Counted from the first letter of the stretch, positions 18,151-31,715 are shown. The stretch: 64,000 nucleotides of DNA from Octopus vulgaris (GCA_951406725.2 OX597827.1:73160001-73224000), one strand, 5' to 3'. The notes: generated from the sequence alone by a model not told the origin. Numbers and translations are program-made.

Positions 18151-18766
18151 AATTTGTCAAATTCAAATATACCCACAACTGCATTGCAAATAGTGGAGAA
18201 TAGTTTATTACAATGCATTAAAAGAGTTTGTGTTCAATGTTAAATATGATAGGAGAAAACGGAGGAGAGAGAACATGTGAAGTGAGTTTGTCATCAGTTT
18301 TTTTCACAGTTTTACAATGATTTTGGAGTTTTGCGTCTCTGAAAATCTAGAGCTGGTTTGAAATATGTCGGATGTGTCTGGTGATGACACATCCGACAGG
18401 TAGATCAATACAGACAGATATCAACCCAAAGCAGTACAGACTGTATCACCCTAAAGCAGTGGCCTCTCACCACCAGCCCCTTCAATCAGATATTTGCCCT
18501 CCGGTTTCAAACTCTCAATGAGAAAATGTAAAACGGCAGTAATTGATATTCACAATAAATTTACGTTAGTGACGAGTTCTCCTAACTTCAATTTATAAAT
18601 ACCTGACTATATATACACATACATACATACATACATACATACATACATACATACATACATACATACATACATGCATACATACATACATACATACATACAT
18701 ACATACATACATACATACACATACATACATACTTACATACATACATACAGACAGACAGACAGACAT

Positions 18767-18801
<35 letters not shown>

Positions 18802-18859
18802 TATACATACAAAATGCATTCTGGAAATTTTGCGATGTTTCCAAGAGAGAGATTTTTTT

Positions 18860-19300
18860 TCAATTTCAGAGAAGTCCTCTAACTTCAATGCACCTGTTGT
18901 AGTACTCCTGCCACATTGTGAAGCTGCATGGAAGCTTCCTAAAATAAATGCATCCAAGACCCTTGTAACGGATTCCTTCATCATCTTCTCGCTCAGTTTG
19001 GGCCGGAACCAAAAGCTGCCGGGAGCAAGATGTGGATTGTAGGGAGGGTAAGGGACAGTCGTGATGTCCATCTCTGTCAAGTAGTTGCTGATCTGGATTG
19101 AATTAAAAACTGCCGCATCGTCCTACTACAAGTGTTGTGGAATTTTGCAACGAAATCTTTTCCCGAGTCACACTCGAAACAGCAATAAAGTACTCTATGT
19201 TACTCGTCTGACAAAAGGAAATCCCGTGAATGTACATGATGCATTTGTGCCGATAAAAGGAATCATCGTGAACTTCCTGGTGGAATTGTTTTGTCTAGTT
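18860..19300 (-). pseudogene. Mariner transposase relic
   Basis: TVPYPPYNPHLAPGSFWFRPKL matches the HPPYSPDLAP.DF.LF..LK motif. Confidence 0.75.
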
Positions 19301-19365
19301 TCTTGTGTCAGCGAAAAACAGATTCTCAGCTCACTCAAGTAAATCCATAAACAGTTTGGAGGCAT

Positions 19366-20020
19366 TTCAGACGTTTCTGCTGCGTTTTTGTCCAATGCTC
19401 TGTGTTTCTTTCAATTATTTTAAATATATCAAAGAATTTAGTAAAATTTCAGACATTCTGCAGCGTTTTTGCCCAATGCTCTGTGTTTCTTTCAATTATT
19501 TTAAATATATGCTAACCAGCCACATGGTTCCGGGTTCAGTCCCACTGCGCGGCATCTTGGGCAAGTGTCTTCTGCTATAGCCCCGGGCCAACCAATGCCT
19601 TGTGAGTGGATTTGGTAGACGGAAACTGAAAGAAGCCTGTCGTATATATGTATATATATATGTGTGTGTATATGTTTGTGTGTCTGTGTTTGTCCCTCTA
19701 GCATTGCTTGACAACCGATGCTGGTGTGTTTACGTCCCCCGTCACTTAGCGGTTCGGCAAAAGAGACCGATAGAATAAGTACTGGGCTTACAAAAGAATA
19801 AGTCCCGGGGTCAAGTTGCTCGATTAAAAGGCGGTGCTCCAGCATGGCCGCAGTCAAATGACTGAAACAAGTAAAGAGTAAGAGTAATGCTCTGTGTTTC
19901 TTTCAATTATTTTAAATATATCAAAGAATTTAGTAAAATTTCAGACGTTTCTGTTGCGTTTTTGCCCAATGCTCTGTGTTTCTTTCAATTATTTTAAATA
20001 TATCAAAGAATTTAGTAAAA
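19366..20020. repeat. ~82-bp tandem repeat interrupted by a SINE
   Basis: tttcagacgtttctgctgcgtttttgcccaatgctctgtg...gaatttagtaaaa recurs about three times. Confidence 0.85.
19511..19885 (+). mobile_element. SINE family A, 5'-truncated, with a 36-bp flanking direct repeat
   Basis: Flanked by aatgctctgtgtttctttcaattattttaaatatat at 19475-19510 and 19886-19921. Confidence 0.9.
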
Positions 20021-20334
20021 TAACTTGATTATCATTAAGCTAGTGTTAGGAACATAAATTGTGACTGAAATCTGACGGAAGATTTTAATTCAAAACTTAC
20101 GAAAATGAGACATTTGTATTACAGAGCCAGAGGCAGTTTCAGCTGAGTTGGTATCGAAAAGGGTAAGACAAGATTTTATTGCACAGCATACTTTCATATT
20201 ATCTTCACGTCTCGACTGCATTCTGCAAGATCGTCAGCTGTGACGAGAAGTGTCTAGTAGGCTGTGTTCAAAATACTGTTACAGCCGCCTCTTTTAATCT
20301 AGAGTAAAAAGTTGGTAGATCAGCTTATACAATG

Positions 20335-20606
20335 TATTCTTTTCATTTTTTAAATTCTTTCACACGTTTCAGCCATTTGACAGCGGCCATGCTGGAGCAC
20401 CGCGCAAAAGGTTTTTTTTTTTTTAGTCGAAGAAATAGACCCCAGGACTTATTCTTTGTAAGCCCAGTACATATTCTGTCGGTCATTTTTGCCGAACCGC
20501 TAAACTACGTGAACATAAACACACCAACATCGGTTGTCAAGCGATGGAGGGAGACAAACTCAGACACAAAGACACACGTAAGTACATACACACATAGACA
20601 CACACA

Positions 20607-20674
<68 letters not shown>

Positions 20675-20782
20675 CAATGGGTTTCTTTCAGTTTCCGTCG
20701 AGCAAATCTACTCGGCCCGAGACTATAGTAGAAGACACTTGTCCAATGTGCCACGCAGTGGGACTGAACCCGGAACCATGTA
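20335..20782 (-). mobile_element. SINE family A
   Basis: Matches the family consensus on the minus strand. Confidence 0.85.
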
Positions 20783-20840
20783 GTTGAGACAATAATCTAG
20801 GACGGCCATAACTGCCCCTCACCTAACAAAAAGTCTCAAA

Positions 20841-20905
<65 letters not shown>

Positions 20906-21219
20906 CTTACGTTGCGTAAGCTGTAAGCTTGTATACCCGTTACGTTCTGCATTACTGAAAAAAAAATTACTGAAATAATTACCCAGCAGAATAAAATAAA
21001 TCCGTTCATAAAATCCACTGTCTTCGGCAGCCGTGCTCCAGTATGGCCCCAGACAAAGGGGCAGCACATGTATGTATGTATGTATGTATGTATCTACACA
21101 TGAATATAGCTATATATGTATGTAACTAACTACCGACATATACACAAACACACATCTAAGTATATGCAAACTTGTGGCTATTTGGTGTTGCCCAGGAAAG
21201 AAATATATATATATATAAA

Positions 21220-21590
21220 TTTAATTAGAGATAAAAACCACTATTAGGCAAATCAAACAGAAAATCATAAACCAAAACATAAAAATAAATATAATTAATA
21301 TAATATACAAAATATATATAATATAAAATTTTAAATTTAAAATTTTTAATTTATATTTATAAATTTTATATCTTTTTATATATTTTAAAAATTTAAATTT
21401 ATAAATTCTTAAACTTTTAATTTTTTAATTTTTTAATTTATTAATTTGTAAATTTTTTTTTTATAACTATCAAAAAGTATTAAAAAGTTTAATATAATAT
21501 AAGTAAAACCACTATATATATATATGTACATATATGCATATATGTATATATAATAATAAAATTAGGGAGCTTTATCTCTAATTTAATATA
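21220..21590 (-). mobile_element. AT-rich (TA)n-abutting repeat terminus (copies at ~39611-39645 and ~40385-40450)
   Basis: Shared end gtttgatttgcctaatagtggttttatctctaattt followed by TA-rich tracts. Confidence 0.55.
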
Positions 21591-21765
21591 TATGTATATA
21601 TATGCTTACATATTTAAATATATGTACATACATAAAGGCATATATACACATACATACACACTAACACACACACATATATATGTATATGAATTCCCCCCCA
21701 CATATTTATATATCTATGTACATACATGCATTTATATATATTATATAAATGTATAAATATATGCA

Positions 21766-21811
<46 letters not shown>

Positions 21812-22058
21812 GCATATATATATATATATATACATTTATATTATGTACAAATGCATTTATGTATGTACATACACACACGCACACACATACACATACACAC
21901 ACACACACACGGCATTCCTGATGCTGCTGTCCATCCTCATCTTCATGCTGCTGAATCAGTGCTCTTCTTTTCCCGAACTGCTGCAGTTGTTGATTTCTTT
22001 CACATTCGTGTTGTTGCTATTGCTGTTTCTTACTCTTTATTACTGTCATTGCACTTAC

Positions 22059-22381
22059 ACCGGTTGAAGATGTTGTTGTTGTTGTTGTTTCGGTAGTTTG
22101 GTTGCTGCTGTCACTGCTGCTGCTGCTGTATTTTCGATGCTGTCACTGCTACTACTTCTCTCGTTGGGGCTGCTCCATATACTGTTGTTGTTGTTGCTGC
22201 AGTTGCTGTCACTTCTGCTGCTGTTGCTGTAACTGCAGCTGTCGCTGTTCGTCTTTCTCTGTCTGTCTGTTGCTGTTGTTGTTGTTGTTGCCATTGTTAT
22301 TGTTGTTGCTGCTACTGTCGGTGCTTCCATCCCAACACAAATTGCCATTTCAATTTTGACGCCGTTCACTCCAAGTGTCAT
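22059..22381 (-). CDS. Candidate coding exon of an unidentified protein with a low-complexity S/T/N/Q/A-rich region
   Basis: ATG at 22381, open frame MTLGVNGVKIEMAICVGMEAP...KLPKQQQQQHLQP, GTAAGT donor consensus at 22058-22053 just before the stop, possible acceptor ttttgtgttttaag upstream. Confidence 0.35.
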
Positions 22382-22670
22382 TTGAAGTTACCACCACAAC
22401 GTATCACATAATTGCTTAAAACACAAAATATTAATCACAGAATTTCTCTTGACTAACTTATTTATTTGCACAACAGTGTTTAATACATTAAATATTCACC
22501 CCCAGAGTATCACACGATAAAAGTTTGTTGCAAACCCAAACACTCACCACAACCACAACTCAACACAGCTGCTTAGGACAAACATTTTGTTTTTCGGATC
22601 TTTGAAGAATTCGGAAACAAGGATTTTGCTGTGCTGTTCTATCCTGCTTCCCTAATTTCTGTAGAGCTAC

Positions 22671-22710
<40 letters not shown>

Positions 22711-22985
22711 GTTATTACTATTGTTTCTTGGGGGCGGGGTCATTGGTGTTTGTGTTGTTATTTTTTAAAACATTCAATATGATTTTTCTTTGACTATTCT
22801 ATAGACTGTACTTAGGAAGTACGGTTTATGGAACTCTTGTTATAATTCATAACAGCCGAGGAGGAAGTTTCCAAAAGAAAAGAAAATTCAGAAAAATAAT
22901 CAAAGAATCAGAATAGAAGACGATATACATTCACATACACACACACACACACATACTTTCACACACGTATCCTTAAACATTCATA

Positions 22986-23023
<38 letters not shown>

Positions 23024-24272
23024 CACGCACACGCGCGCGCCACACACATACACACACACAGACACACATACACACTCAAGGTAGGTGAAACATTCTTTTA
23101 AATTTCTTGTTGTTTTCATTGCTGTGATATTATGTAGCCGTGCCTTATCTCCTTACGGGTTGTCGTTGTCATGACAACATTATCGAATATGCTTCCATGT
23201 CTTCTTTCCATTTTATGATCATTGGATCCGATTTGAGTGATGTTTGACTGCTATTTCTAACGGACCAAACGACCCATTGGGCTTGATTTTGTTGCTCTTT
23301 TCGCTATTCTTGCTGATGTTGGTATCCAGATCAGATCCGATCCAGTAGACTTATCATCAAAGACGTCCCAGCTATTTCTCTATCTCGTCATCATTAAACA
23401 GGCTCATTCTATCTAGGACTACACATCAGTCCATGTTTAAGACAGTATGGTGTAATTTGAAGAAGATCTAGCTGTTATTTCTTACAGACCAATCAATCAT
23501 TGTTAAGTCAGATTTTGTATTGTTGCTGTTGTTTAAACTTAGAGCAGAATTATAAGGAAAGGCTTTCTAGACATGTCCAACCTCCGTTTTACCCCAGGCA
23601 TCGTCTCAGTAGAAATACGGGATCCAATATGACTTCTTTTAAAATGACAGTCTGAAATTTTTTGGAGATTTTACTATTAGTTCTCCTGGCCCCTGTTTAT
23701 GTCAGATGTATCGTTGCTATTGTCGCAGGAAGTGATGATCTTGCTGTTATGTTCAGCTTTGGTAACGTAGGCTATTGTTGTAGTTTAGTTCTTCAAGTCA
23801 TCACCACGCCGACTTTTTACCAGCATACTATATCCTATACTACTTTAACTATTATAGTCGTCAGCACTGTCTTTCTTAAAACAGAAGGGCTTGATTTGAT
23901 AAAGATTGGTTGCCATTTCTAGCAGTTCACGAGACTACAGATAGGCTCTCGTGTACGTTCATACTGATGTTAGATAGCGGTAAACTATATAACCCCCAAG
24001 TAAAGCCTGATCAAGCAGGTACGTGATATGTAGGTACTGAATCAAACTGATCGATGGGATCCAACTGCCCCAGAGGTACGATACTTCTACTGAGTACAGA
24101 AACAACACCAAACTTTGACTCGTATCATTCAAAGTGCTATGTGATAATCTAGACTAATATTTCCTATATTCTTTAGTTACTGTACAGTTGTAGGCAATGT
24201 TCTAATGTTTTACAAGCGGTTCCTCTGGCATTAACAATGGTAGTGTGTACATTAATTTTGTTTATACCGCTG

Positions 24273-24384
<112 letters not shown>

Positions 24385-24391
24385 TGTGTAT

Positions 24392-24965
24392 AGGCGCAGG
24401 CGTGGCTGTATCGTAAGAAGCTTGCTTCCTAACCACATGGTTCAAGGTTTAGGGTTCAGTCCCAGTGCGTGGCAGCTTGGGCAAGTGTCTTCTACTATAG
24501 CCTTGGGTTGACCAAATCCTTGTGTATGGATTTGGCAGACGGGAACTGAAAGAAGCCCGTCGTATATATGGATATATATATATATATATATCAATATCAT
24601 AATCATCGTCGTCGTATAACGTCCATTTTCCATGCTGGCATGGGTTGGCCGTTTTGACAGAGAGCTGACAATCTAGAAGGCTGCACCAGGCTCCAGTCTG
24701 ATCTGGCAAAGTTTCTATAGTTGGTTGCCCTTCCTAACGCCGTGTGTGTGAAAGTTGTGCGTGAGTTTATCCCCCCACCATCGCTTCACAACCGATGTTA
24801 GTGTGTTTAAATCCCCATAACATAGCGGTTCGGCAAAAGATACCGACAGAATAAGTACTAGACGTACAAAGAATAATTCCTGGGGTCAATTTCTTTGTCT
24901 AAAGGCGGTGCTCCATCATGATCGCAATCAGATGACTGAAACAAATAAATGAATCAAAGAATAAA
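24392..24965 (+). mobile_element. SINE family A interrupted by another repeat (~24600-24741)
   Basis: 5' half at 24392-24565, 3' half from ~24742; the insert sits in the internal microsatellite. Confidence 0.8.
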
Positions 24966-24998
<33 letters not shown>

Positions 24999-25010
24999 AC
25001 ACACACGCGT

Positions 25011-25060
<50 letters not shown>

Positions 25061-25074
25061 ACACACACACGCGT

Positions 25075-25115
<41 letters not shown>

Positions 25116-26066
25116 TTTAATAACATTAATCTTGTGTACATCAGTTTGCAATTACCATCGGATTTGTGTATATCTCTCTCAATGTATATAACCCCCTTTC
25201 GTGCTCTGTGCATCTCGTTACAGCTTTAACTGTCATTAAGATTTTGGCGATAGAATTATCTTACAACTCTCTCTCAATGAAGAGTACAGTTTTGTGCTGA
25301 TGTTGTTGTTATTGCCGTGCTCAATGTTATTGTTATAGTTTCGTTATTGGTCGACACACAGATAAAAGGACTCAATGCTACGACTATCTCGTCTTTCTCC
25401 AACAGCTCAATGTATCCAATATGACTTTATTCCATAAAGTTTTACTGTATCAATGCTTTTGCGTAATTTTGGACACTGTAAGACATGTCTTAAAAGAGAT
25501 TCGGCTGCTATATCCAGCATGTATAGCTACCATGTAGAAGCTCCCTTAGCTGCAACTTGAGTTATGTTTGTTGTATAACTCCACGTTAGCATTCATCCTT
25601 ATGGTAGCTAGACCTGTTCCGCTGAAAAGTATCGACCAACCCTTTTGTTTCGTTTCGGACAACGTATCTAGGAATAGATTATGCAATGTGTTCTACAGGC
25701 AAAGTATATAAAAGAGCAAAGGTTCTTCGCACGCTAAAGGCTGATAAGGCCTGTTACCAGGATTATGTGGTATGTATATTGTTCATCCTTGGACGGGGGA
25801 CGAGTCGGGATCACTCATTTTTGCCAGCTGATTGAACTGGAGCAGCAGGAAATGAAGTGGTTTGCTCCTGAGCACAACTCATCGTCCGTTCTAGGAATCG
25901 AAACGAAAATATTAAACACGAAGCCGCGCGCCTCCACATTTATAAGAAAACCTTATCCAGTGTGTTTACCTGACATGGTGTTTCTAGACCTACATTGTGT
26001 AATACGTGCATCTGAGGTTGTATATCTTGGGTTGCGTCATCCAATCAGTACATCACACAGTGCAAG

Positions 26067-26863
26067 TAGGACTACATTATCAATTGTGCTCACCCGACAG
26101 GACTACATCATCTAACGTGTCTTTCCTGCATCGTGTGTCTAGGACTACATTATCAATTGTGCTCACCCGACAGGACTACATCATCTAACGTGTCTTTCCT
26201 GCATCGTGTGTCTAGGACTACATTATCAATTGTGCTCACCCGACAGGACTACATCATCTAACGTGTCTTTCCTGCATCGTGTGTCTAGGACTACATTATC
26301 AATTGTGCTCACCCGACAGGACTACATCATCTAACGTGTCTTTCCTGCATCGTGTGTCTAGGACTATATTATCAATTGTGCTCACCCGACAGGACTACAT
26401 CATCTAACGTGTCTTTCCTGCATCGTGTGTCTAGGACTACATTATTATTTACAATGTGTCCATCTGTGTCTAGACTAATTATCAATTGTGCTCACCCGAC
26501 AGGACTACATCATCTAACGTGTCTTTCCTGCATCTATCAGTGCTCACCGACAGGACTACATCATAACGTGTCTTTCCTGCATCGTGTGTCTAGGACTATA
26601 TCATTTAATGTGTCCATCTGGCAGAGTGAATCTAGGACTCATTATCCAGTGTGTTCCCATGACATATTGTATCAATGTTTGTTTCCATTGTTTACGAGAA
26701 TCGACGGAGTGAGAGTATCCATACCGCTTCCACCGTCAGCTTGGTGCTGTTATCCTGTTTGCTACTGCGACGATTTTTGTTGTAAATACGTGTCTTTCCT
26801 GCATCGTGTGTCTAGGACTATATTATCAATTGTGCTCACCCGACAGGACTACATCATCTAACG
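26067..26863. repeat. 73-bp minisatellite (5 near-perfect copies plus degenerate copies)
   Basis: taggactacattatcaattgtgctcacccgacaggactacatcatctaacgtgtctttcctgcatcgtgtgtc with period 73 from 26067. Confidence 0.95.
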
Positions 26864-27896
26864 TATTTTTTCCGCCCTATTTGCATTACGGGTTCAAATC
26901 CAAACCAGGTCAGCTTTGCTTTTCATCATTCGGGTTTGATATAATACTGAAATATTCAAGTACTTGCATCAATATAATCGAATAACCTCTTCCCTTTAGA
27001 ACTACTGGTCTCGTACCTAATCTGGAAATCATTACTGGAAATCATTTAGACCCAGGACACCTAAGATCGAGGAAGTTTATAGTCGAGGACGTTCTCTCGT
27101 TGACTCTCTTTCCAGCTTGTCTTTGCATAACCAACACCACATCATCAAATACAAACCTGAACGCTTACAGAAGCTAGGTTGTGAAATAGAGGGATATTTT
27201 GTTGCTATCCCCTGCAGAATTAACTTACTTTGTGAATTTGTTATTCGTGCTGTTGCTGCTGTTGTTGTTGTTAAAGCAACAAGACGGCTAAGGGTGATTA
27301 GGTGATGGTCTAGGGCTTAGGGGCGGGAGATCCCAGACCTTGGAAAAAAACTTTGGCCGTCTTGTTGTAGTCGAGGGCTCTTCGTTGACACCCGACACCA
27401 CTGGGAGGTGGCCCTCGAAGTCGCTGGAAATGGAGATCTCCAGGTCCAAATTCTTGAACAGCTGCTGTTGCTGTGGCAGTCGTTGATGTTATTAATTTAT
27501 GTTTGTTATTAATATCGTTAGTAAGGCAGTGAGTTAACATTCTGAGTTCAAATTCTGCCACGGTTGACTTTACTTTTCATTCTTTCGGGGTCAATAGAAT
27601 ACATACCGGTCAAGTATTGAGGTCACTGTAGTCGACTTACCCCTGCCCTAAAAAATTGCTGGCCCTGTGCCAAGACTTGAAACCGTTATTAATATTGTTG
27701 GTAATATCTTCTTGGTTCGAGAAAATTTTATTGAACGTTGGACAAAATGCCCAGCAATAAATTATTCAGTAACGGCCCTTTATGTTCTGAGCGCAAAGTT
27801 GTCATTTATTTACTCAGGTTAGATAAAATAAATCACCAGTAAATACATATCAGAGTTGACATTATCAACTGTTCCCTCCTTCAAGCATTGTGCCCT

Positions 27897-28296
27897 AAGG
27901 TGGCGATCTGGCAGAAACGTTAGCACGCCGGGCGAAATACTTAGCACTATTTCGTCTGCCGTTACTTTCAGAGTTCAAATTCCGCCGAGGTCGACTTTGC
28001 CTTTCATCCTTTCGGGGTCGATTAAATAAGTACCAGTTATGCACTGGGTTCGATATAATCGACTTAATCCGTTTGTCTTCCTTGTTTGTCCACTCTGTGT
28101 TCAGCCCCTTGTGGGTAGTAAAGAAATAGCTATTTCGTGTGTCTCTACGTTCTGAATTCAAATTCCGCCGAGGTCGACTTTGCCTTTCATCCTTTCGGGG
28201 TCGATAAATTAAGTACTAGTTGCGTACTGGGATCGATCTAATCGGCTGGTCCCTTCCCCCAAAATTTCGGGCCTTGCGTCTAGAGTAGAAAAGAAT
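27897..28296 (+). mobile_element. SINE family B (dimeric), with a Meta-domain-like core
   Basis: ggcgatctggcagaaacgttagc head, gagttcaaattcc B box, gcctttcatcctttcggggtcgataaattaagtac core present twice. Confidence 0.85.
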
Positions 28297-28929
28297 AAAA
28301 AGTCTTGTACCCATGTGATTATATTCAATATCGTTTTTGATAAAGTTGCCACAGGTCTCGAAGTTTGAGTTTTTAATGTTGCTGCTGTTTAGTCCCAGAT
28401 GAGTCCATACTCACCTGGGACTAATGAGCAGACCATGCCATTCTTTTATTTTATTTCCGACAGCACATCAAGGACTATATTAACCACTGGTTCTTTTCGT
28501 ATTATTTGAGGAAGATTTAACAGACATTTCATACTGGTCGAGTGGTCACATGGGGACCCTACTTGTTACATATATCTTCTTAAAGTTGATGTTGCTGTTG
28601 CAATGCCTGTTGTTAATGTTATTATTGTTAGTATTATCGCCAGTGTTGCTGCTATTTTTGTTGTTGGTAATGTTGTGAGTGTTGTTAATGTTGTATTTTA
28701 TTAGTACTGTTGTGAGGGTTCTTGTTATTGTTAATATTGTTGTCAGTGTCGTTGTTCATAGTACTGTTGTGCGCCTATTGTGAACGATGTTGTTGCTGTT
28801 AGTATTGTTGTTATTGTTAGCATCGTTGCTCGCGTTGTTTATGAGAGTTGCTGTTCGTTGTTGAAGCTGCAGCAAAACACAACTTCCACGTTCCTCTTCT
28901 TGTCCTTGCTCCCATTTAATGAATTTTCA

Positions 28930-29132
28930 ATTGTTTAATACTGGTTTCAAATTTCGGCACAAGGCCAGCAATTCGGAGGAGGGGATACGTCGAATACATC
29001 GACCCCAGAACCTATTCTTTGTAAGCCTAGTACTTATTCTATCGGTCTCTTTAGCCAAGTCGCTTACTTACGGGGATATAAACACGCCAGCATCGGTTGT
29101 CAAGCGACGGAGAGGGAGACAAACATAAACAC

Positions 29133-29170
<38 letters not shown>

Positions 29171-29312
29171 GACAGGCATCTTTCAGTTTCTGTCTACCAA
29201 ATCCAGTCACAAGGCTTTGGTCGGCCCGAGGCTATAGCAGAAGACACTTTCCCAAGGTGCTACACAGTAAAGAACGAACTCGGAACCACGTGGTTGGTAA
29301 GCAAGCTTCCTA
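28930..29312 (-). mobile_element. Chimeric SINE A / SINE B fragments
   Basis: Family A sequence at ~29000-29312 joined to a family B 3' end. Confidence 0.7.
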
Positions 29313-29351
<39 letters not shown>

Positions 29352-29353
<2 letters not shown>

Positions 29354-29548
29354 AGGGGGAGAATTCACAAAAAAAACAAACAAACGAAAGCAAGTGGTGT
29401 AGGCAACAAACAGATGTATTAGTATTACGCTCGGGCAGTGAAAAAGTCTTTAACGTTTCGAGCCTACGCTCTTCTACAGAAAGGAACACAGGAAGAAACA
29501 AGGAGAGAAAATAAAGAATGTGTAGTGGCTAGTGAACTATCATGGCGA
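29352..29548 (-). mobile_element. PLE-like terminal fragment carrying a hammerhead-like motif (same family as 32006-32148)
   Basis: Its reverse complement matches 32006-32148; in both copies the 3' end (..ctccc) abuts (TA)n. Confidence 0.7.
29448..29483 (-). ncRNA. Minimal type I hammerhead-like motif (A6U core variant)
   Basis: cttt CTGTAGA A GAGC gtag GCTC GAAA CG TT aaag. Confidence 0.55.
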
Positions 29549-30680
29549 TCTATACGCATATATGTGTATATTGATGTGTTGAGTGTCCAGAGGCTACAGA
29601 GATCCGTACCATGTTTTCGTTCCGTTAATGCGAAGCACTTCATCTCTTACACACGAAGAGACAGTCTTAAACACTTCAAGAATAAAACTGCCTTTATGCG
29701 TTCTGAATATAAATATGTGTGCGAGCGCACGCGCGTGTGTGTGCATGTATGTGTTTTTGTGTGTGTGTGTTTGTGTGTGTGCGTGTGCGTATTTTGTGGA
29801 CTTTTGAGAGAACATAAAATAATTATGGCAATAATGATGATAATAATAAAACAAGTACTACTGCATCACTACTACTTTCTACCATGACCACCACTAACAA
29901 CAACAATAATAGATGAGACGGTAATGATGTTGGCAGTGTTACGTATATTAACATTGATTTGATTGAAATCTAAAATTTCTGGAAAATTGTAGGAATAGTA
30001 GCAATAGAATTCAATGAAAAGAGGAATGTTTTTGACAACATTCTTCAATATAGCCACACAATTATTTCTTTAATTGCGGTCAAAATAAGGAAATCTTGAC
30101 GTGCCCACCATACCGAGACGACTAAGGCGCTCACCAATTGCCGAAAATATTTCGATGAATAAAGCGGGATAACTGCTAACCAATTTGGCACATCTACTAA
30201 CCCATGACATCTAAGCCACATACTGATTGATCTAAATACAGCTAATACTTAGTTGGTGCACTCACTAAACAATGATATCTTAGCTGGTTACTGATTGGTC
30301 AAAACACAGTTCGTAAGATTCAGTCTGCTGGAGCCAATCGGAAGTTATTTAAAGGTCAAGTGAATAATTTCACTAGCGTTGTCAATTGTGGAACACGACT
30401 GTCACAACTACTGCATAAACCTGATGATTGCGTAACGCACGAAAGTACTAGTTTTATCACGACAAATATATATTCTGTTATAATATAATTGTGAAATTGT
30501 AAATAATAAAACATGGAAATCAAATTAGGTTGGAATTTCATTGGTTAATATATGCTTTTATGCACAATCAGGCAAACCCTGGTGCGAAACTGTTTGACTC
30601 TCTGGTCGATAACTGATGATGAGCTGGGGACCTTTTGTGTCTGTTTTTCGTTTACGCATTTACTTACTATACGTTTTTAA

Positions 30681-30723
<43 letters not shown>

Positions 30724-30727
<4 letters not shown>

Positions 30728-31025
30728 ATCATGGATAAGAAGCATTTCTACCCAATCTACACAACACTTTCCTTGGATAATGGAACTGCAACTGAAACAC
30801 CTAACATATATTTTTACTTTATTTTTATTCTTTTATTTACCTTTATACTTCCTATATCAATCCTTTTCCAAAATAACTCCTTATATTGAACTTTACTACT
30901 TCTCTCATATCGCCCCTGATGAAGGGATATTCCTAATATCTCGGAAACAGCTGTAAGACTACCTTTCTCTTTATAAATGTTCTATAAATTCTACACAGCC
31001 TTAGTTTTGTTGTCTCATTTTTTAA
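30724..31025 (+). mobile_element. PLE-like 3' fragment with hammerhead motif
   Basis: Lies between (TA)n and (CA)n; contains CTGATGA...GAAACAGCTGTA. Confidence 0.6.
30910..30961 (+). ncRNA. Minimal type I hammerhead ribozyme motif with eroded stem I
   Basis: CTGATGA A GGGATAT tccta ATATCTC G GAAA CAGCTG TA agact; palindromic stem III. Confidence 0.6.
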
Positions 31026-31062
31026 AACACACACACATATGTATGCATGTACGTATGTCTGT

Positions 31063-31093
<31 letters not shown>

Positions 31094-31507
31094 TGTGCGT
31101 ATGTGTGTGTGTATGCATGTTTAAGGATTGGAACGGGGTCAGACAAAAATACATGTCTAATGAAATTCATAGTTTCAATAAACTTGGGGAAGAATGAAAA
31201 AAAATTATGGATGTAAATTCTATCGTAAAGGCTATGGCAATAACAAATGTCACTTCTTATTTGCGAAGGTGTGATACTTGTCAGCTTGGGAACCATGGCT
31301 TTTATAGAGGTCTTCTTCCTCTTTCTCTCTCTCTCTTTCTCTTCCTCTTTATCTCTTTCTCTCTCTTTCACACAACCTCTCTTTTTTCTCTTTCACGCTT
31401 TCACTTTCTCCTAAGTGTATGTTGCCGCTTCACTCTGTTCAGGCAATTATTAATTTTCTAGAATTCTTAGTCATTGATATCTAGCATCATTGTTGTCAGT
31501 CTGAACA

Positions 31508-31715
31508 CGGCGAGCTACCAGAATCGTTAGCGCGCCGGATCAAAATGCTTTGCGGCATTTCGTCCGTCCTTACGTGTTGAGAGCAAATTTCAACAAGGTC
31601 GACTTTGCCTTTCATTCCTTTGGAATCGATAAAATAAGTACCAATCACGCACTGAGGTTGATGAATAGACTTATCCCTCCCTTAGAATTGCTGGCTTTGA
31701 GCCAAAATTTGAAAT
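31508..31715 (+). mobile_element. SINE family B, diverged
   Basis: ggcgagctaccagaatcgttagc head and gcctttcattccttt core. Confidence 0.75.

Noticed and set aside
26067-26440. Regular repeat array considered as CRISPR
   Set aside because: Units are identical with no unique spacers; eukaryotic context and no cas genes.
27310-27455. GC-rich island with short stems
   Set aside because: The minus frame ISSDFEGHLPVV weakly suggests a LINE endonuclease scrap; neither an ncRNA nor an exon call is supportable.
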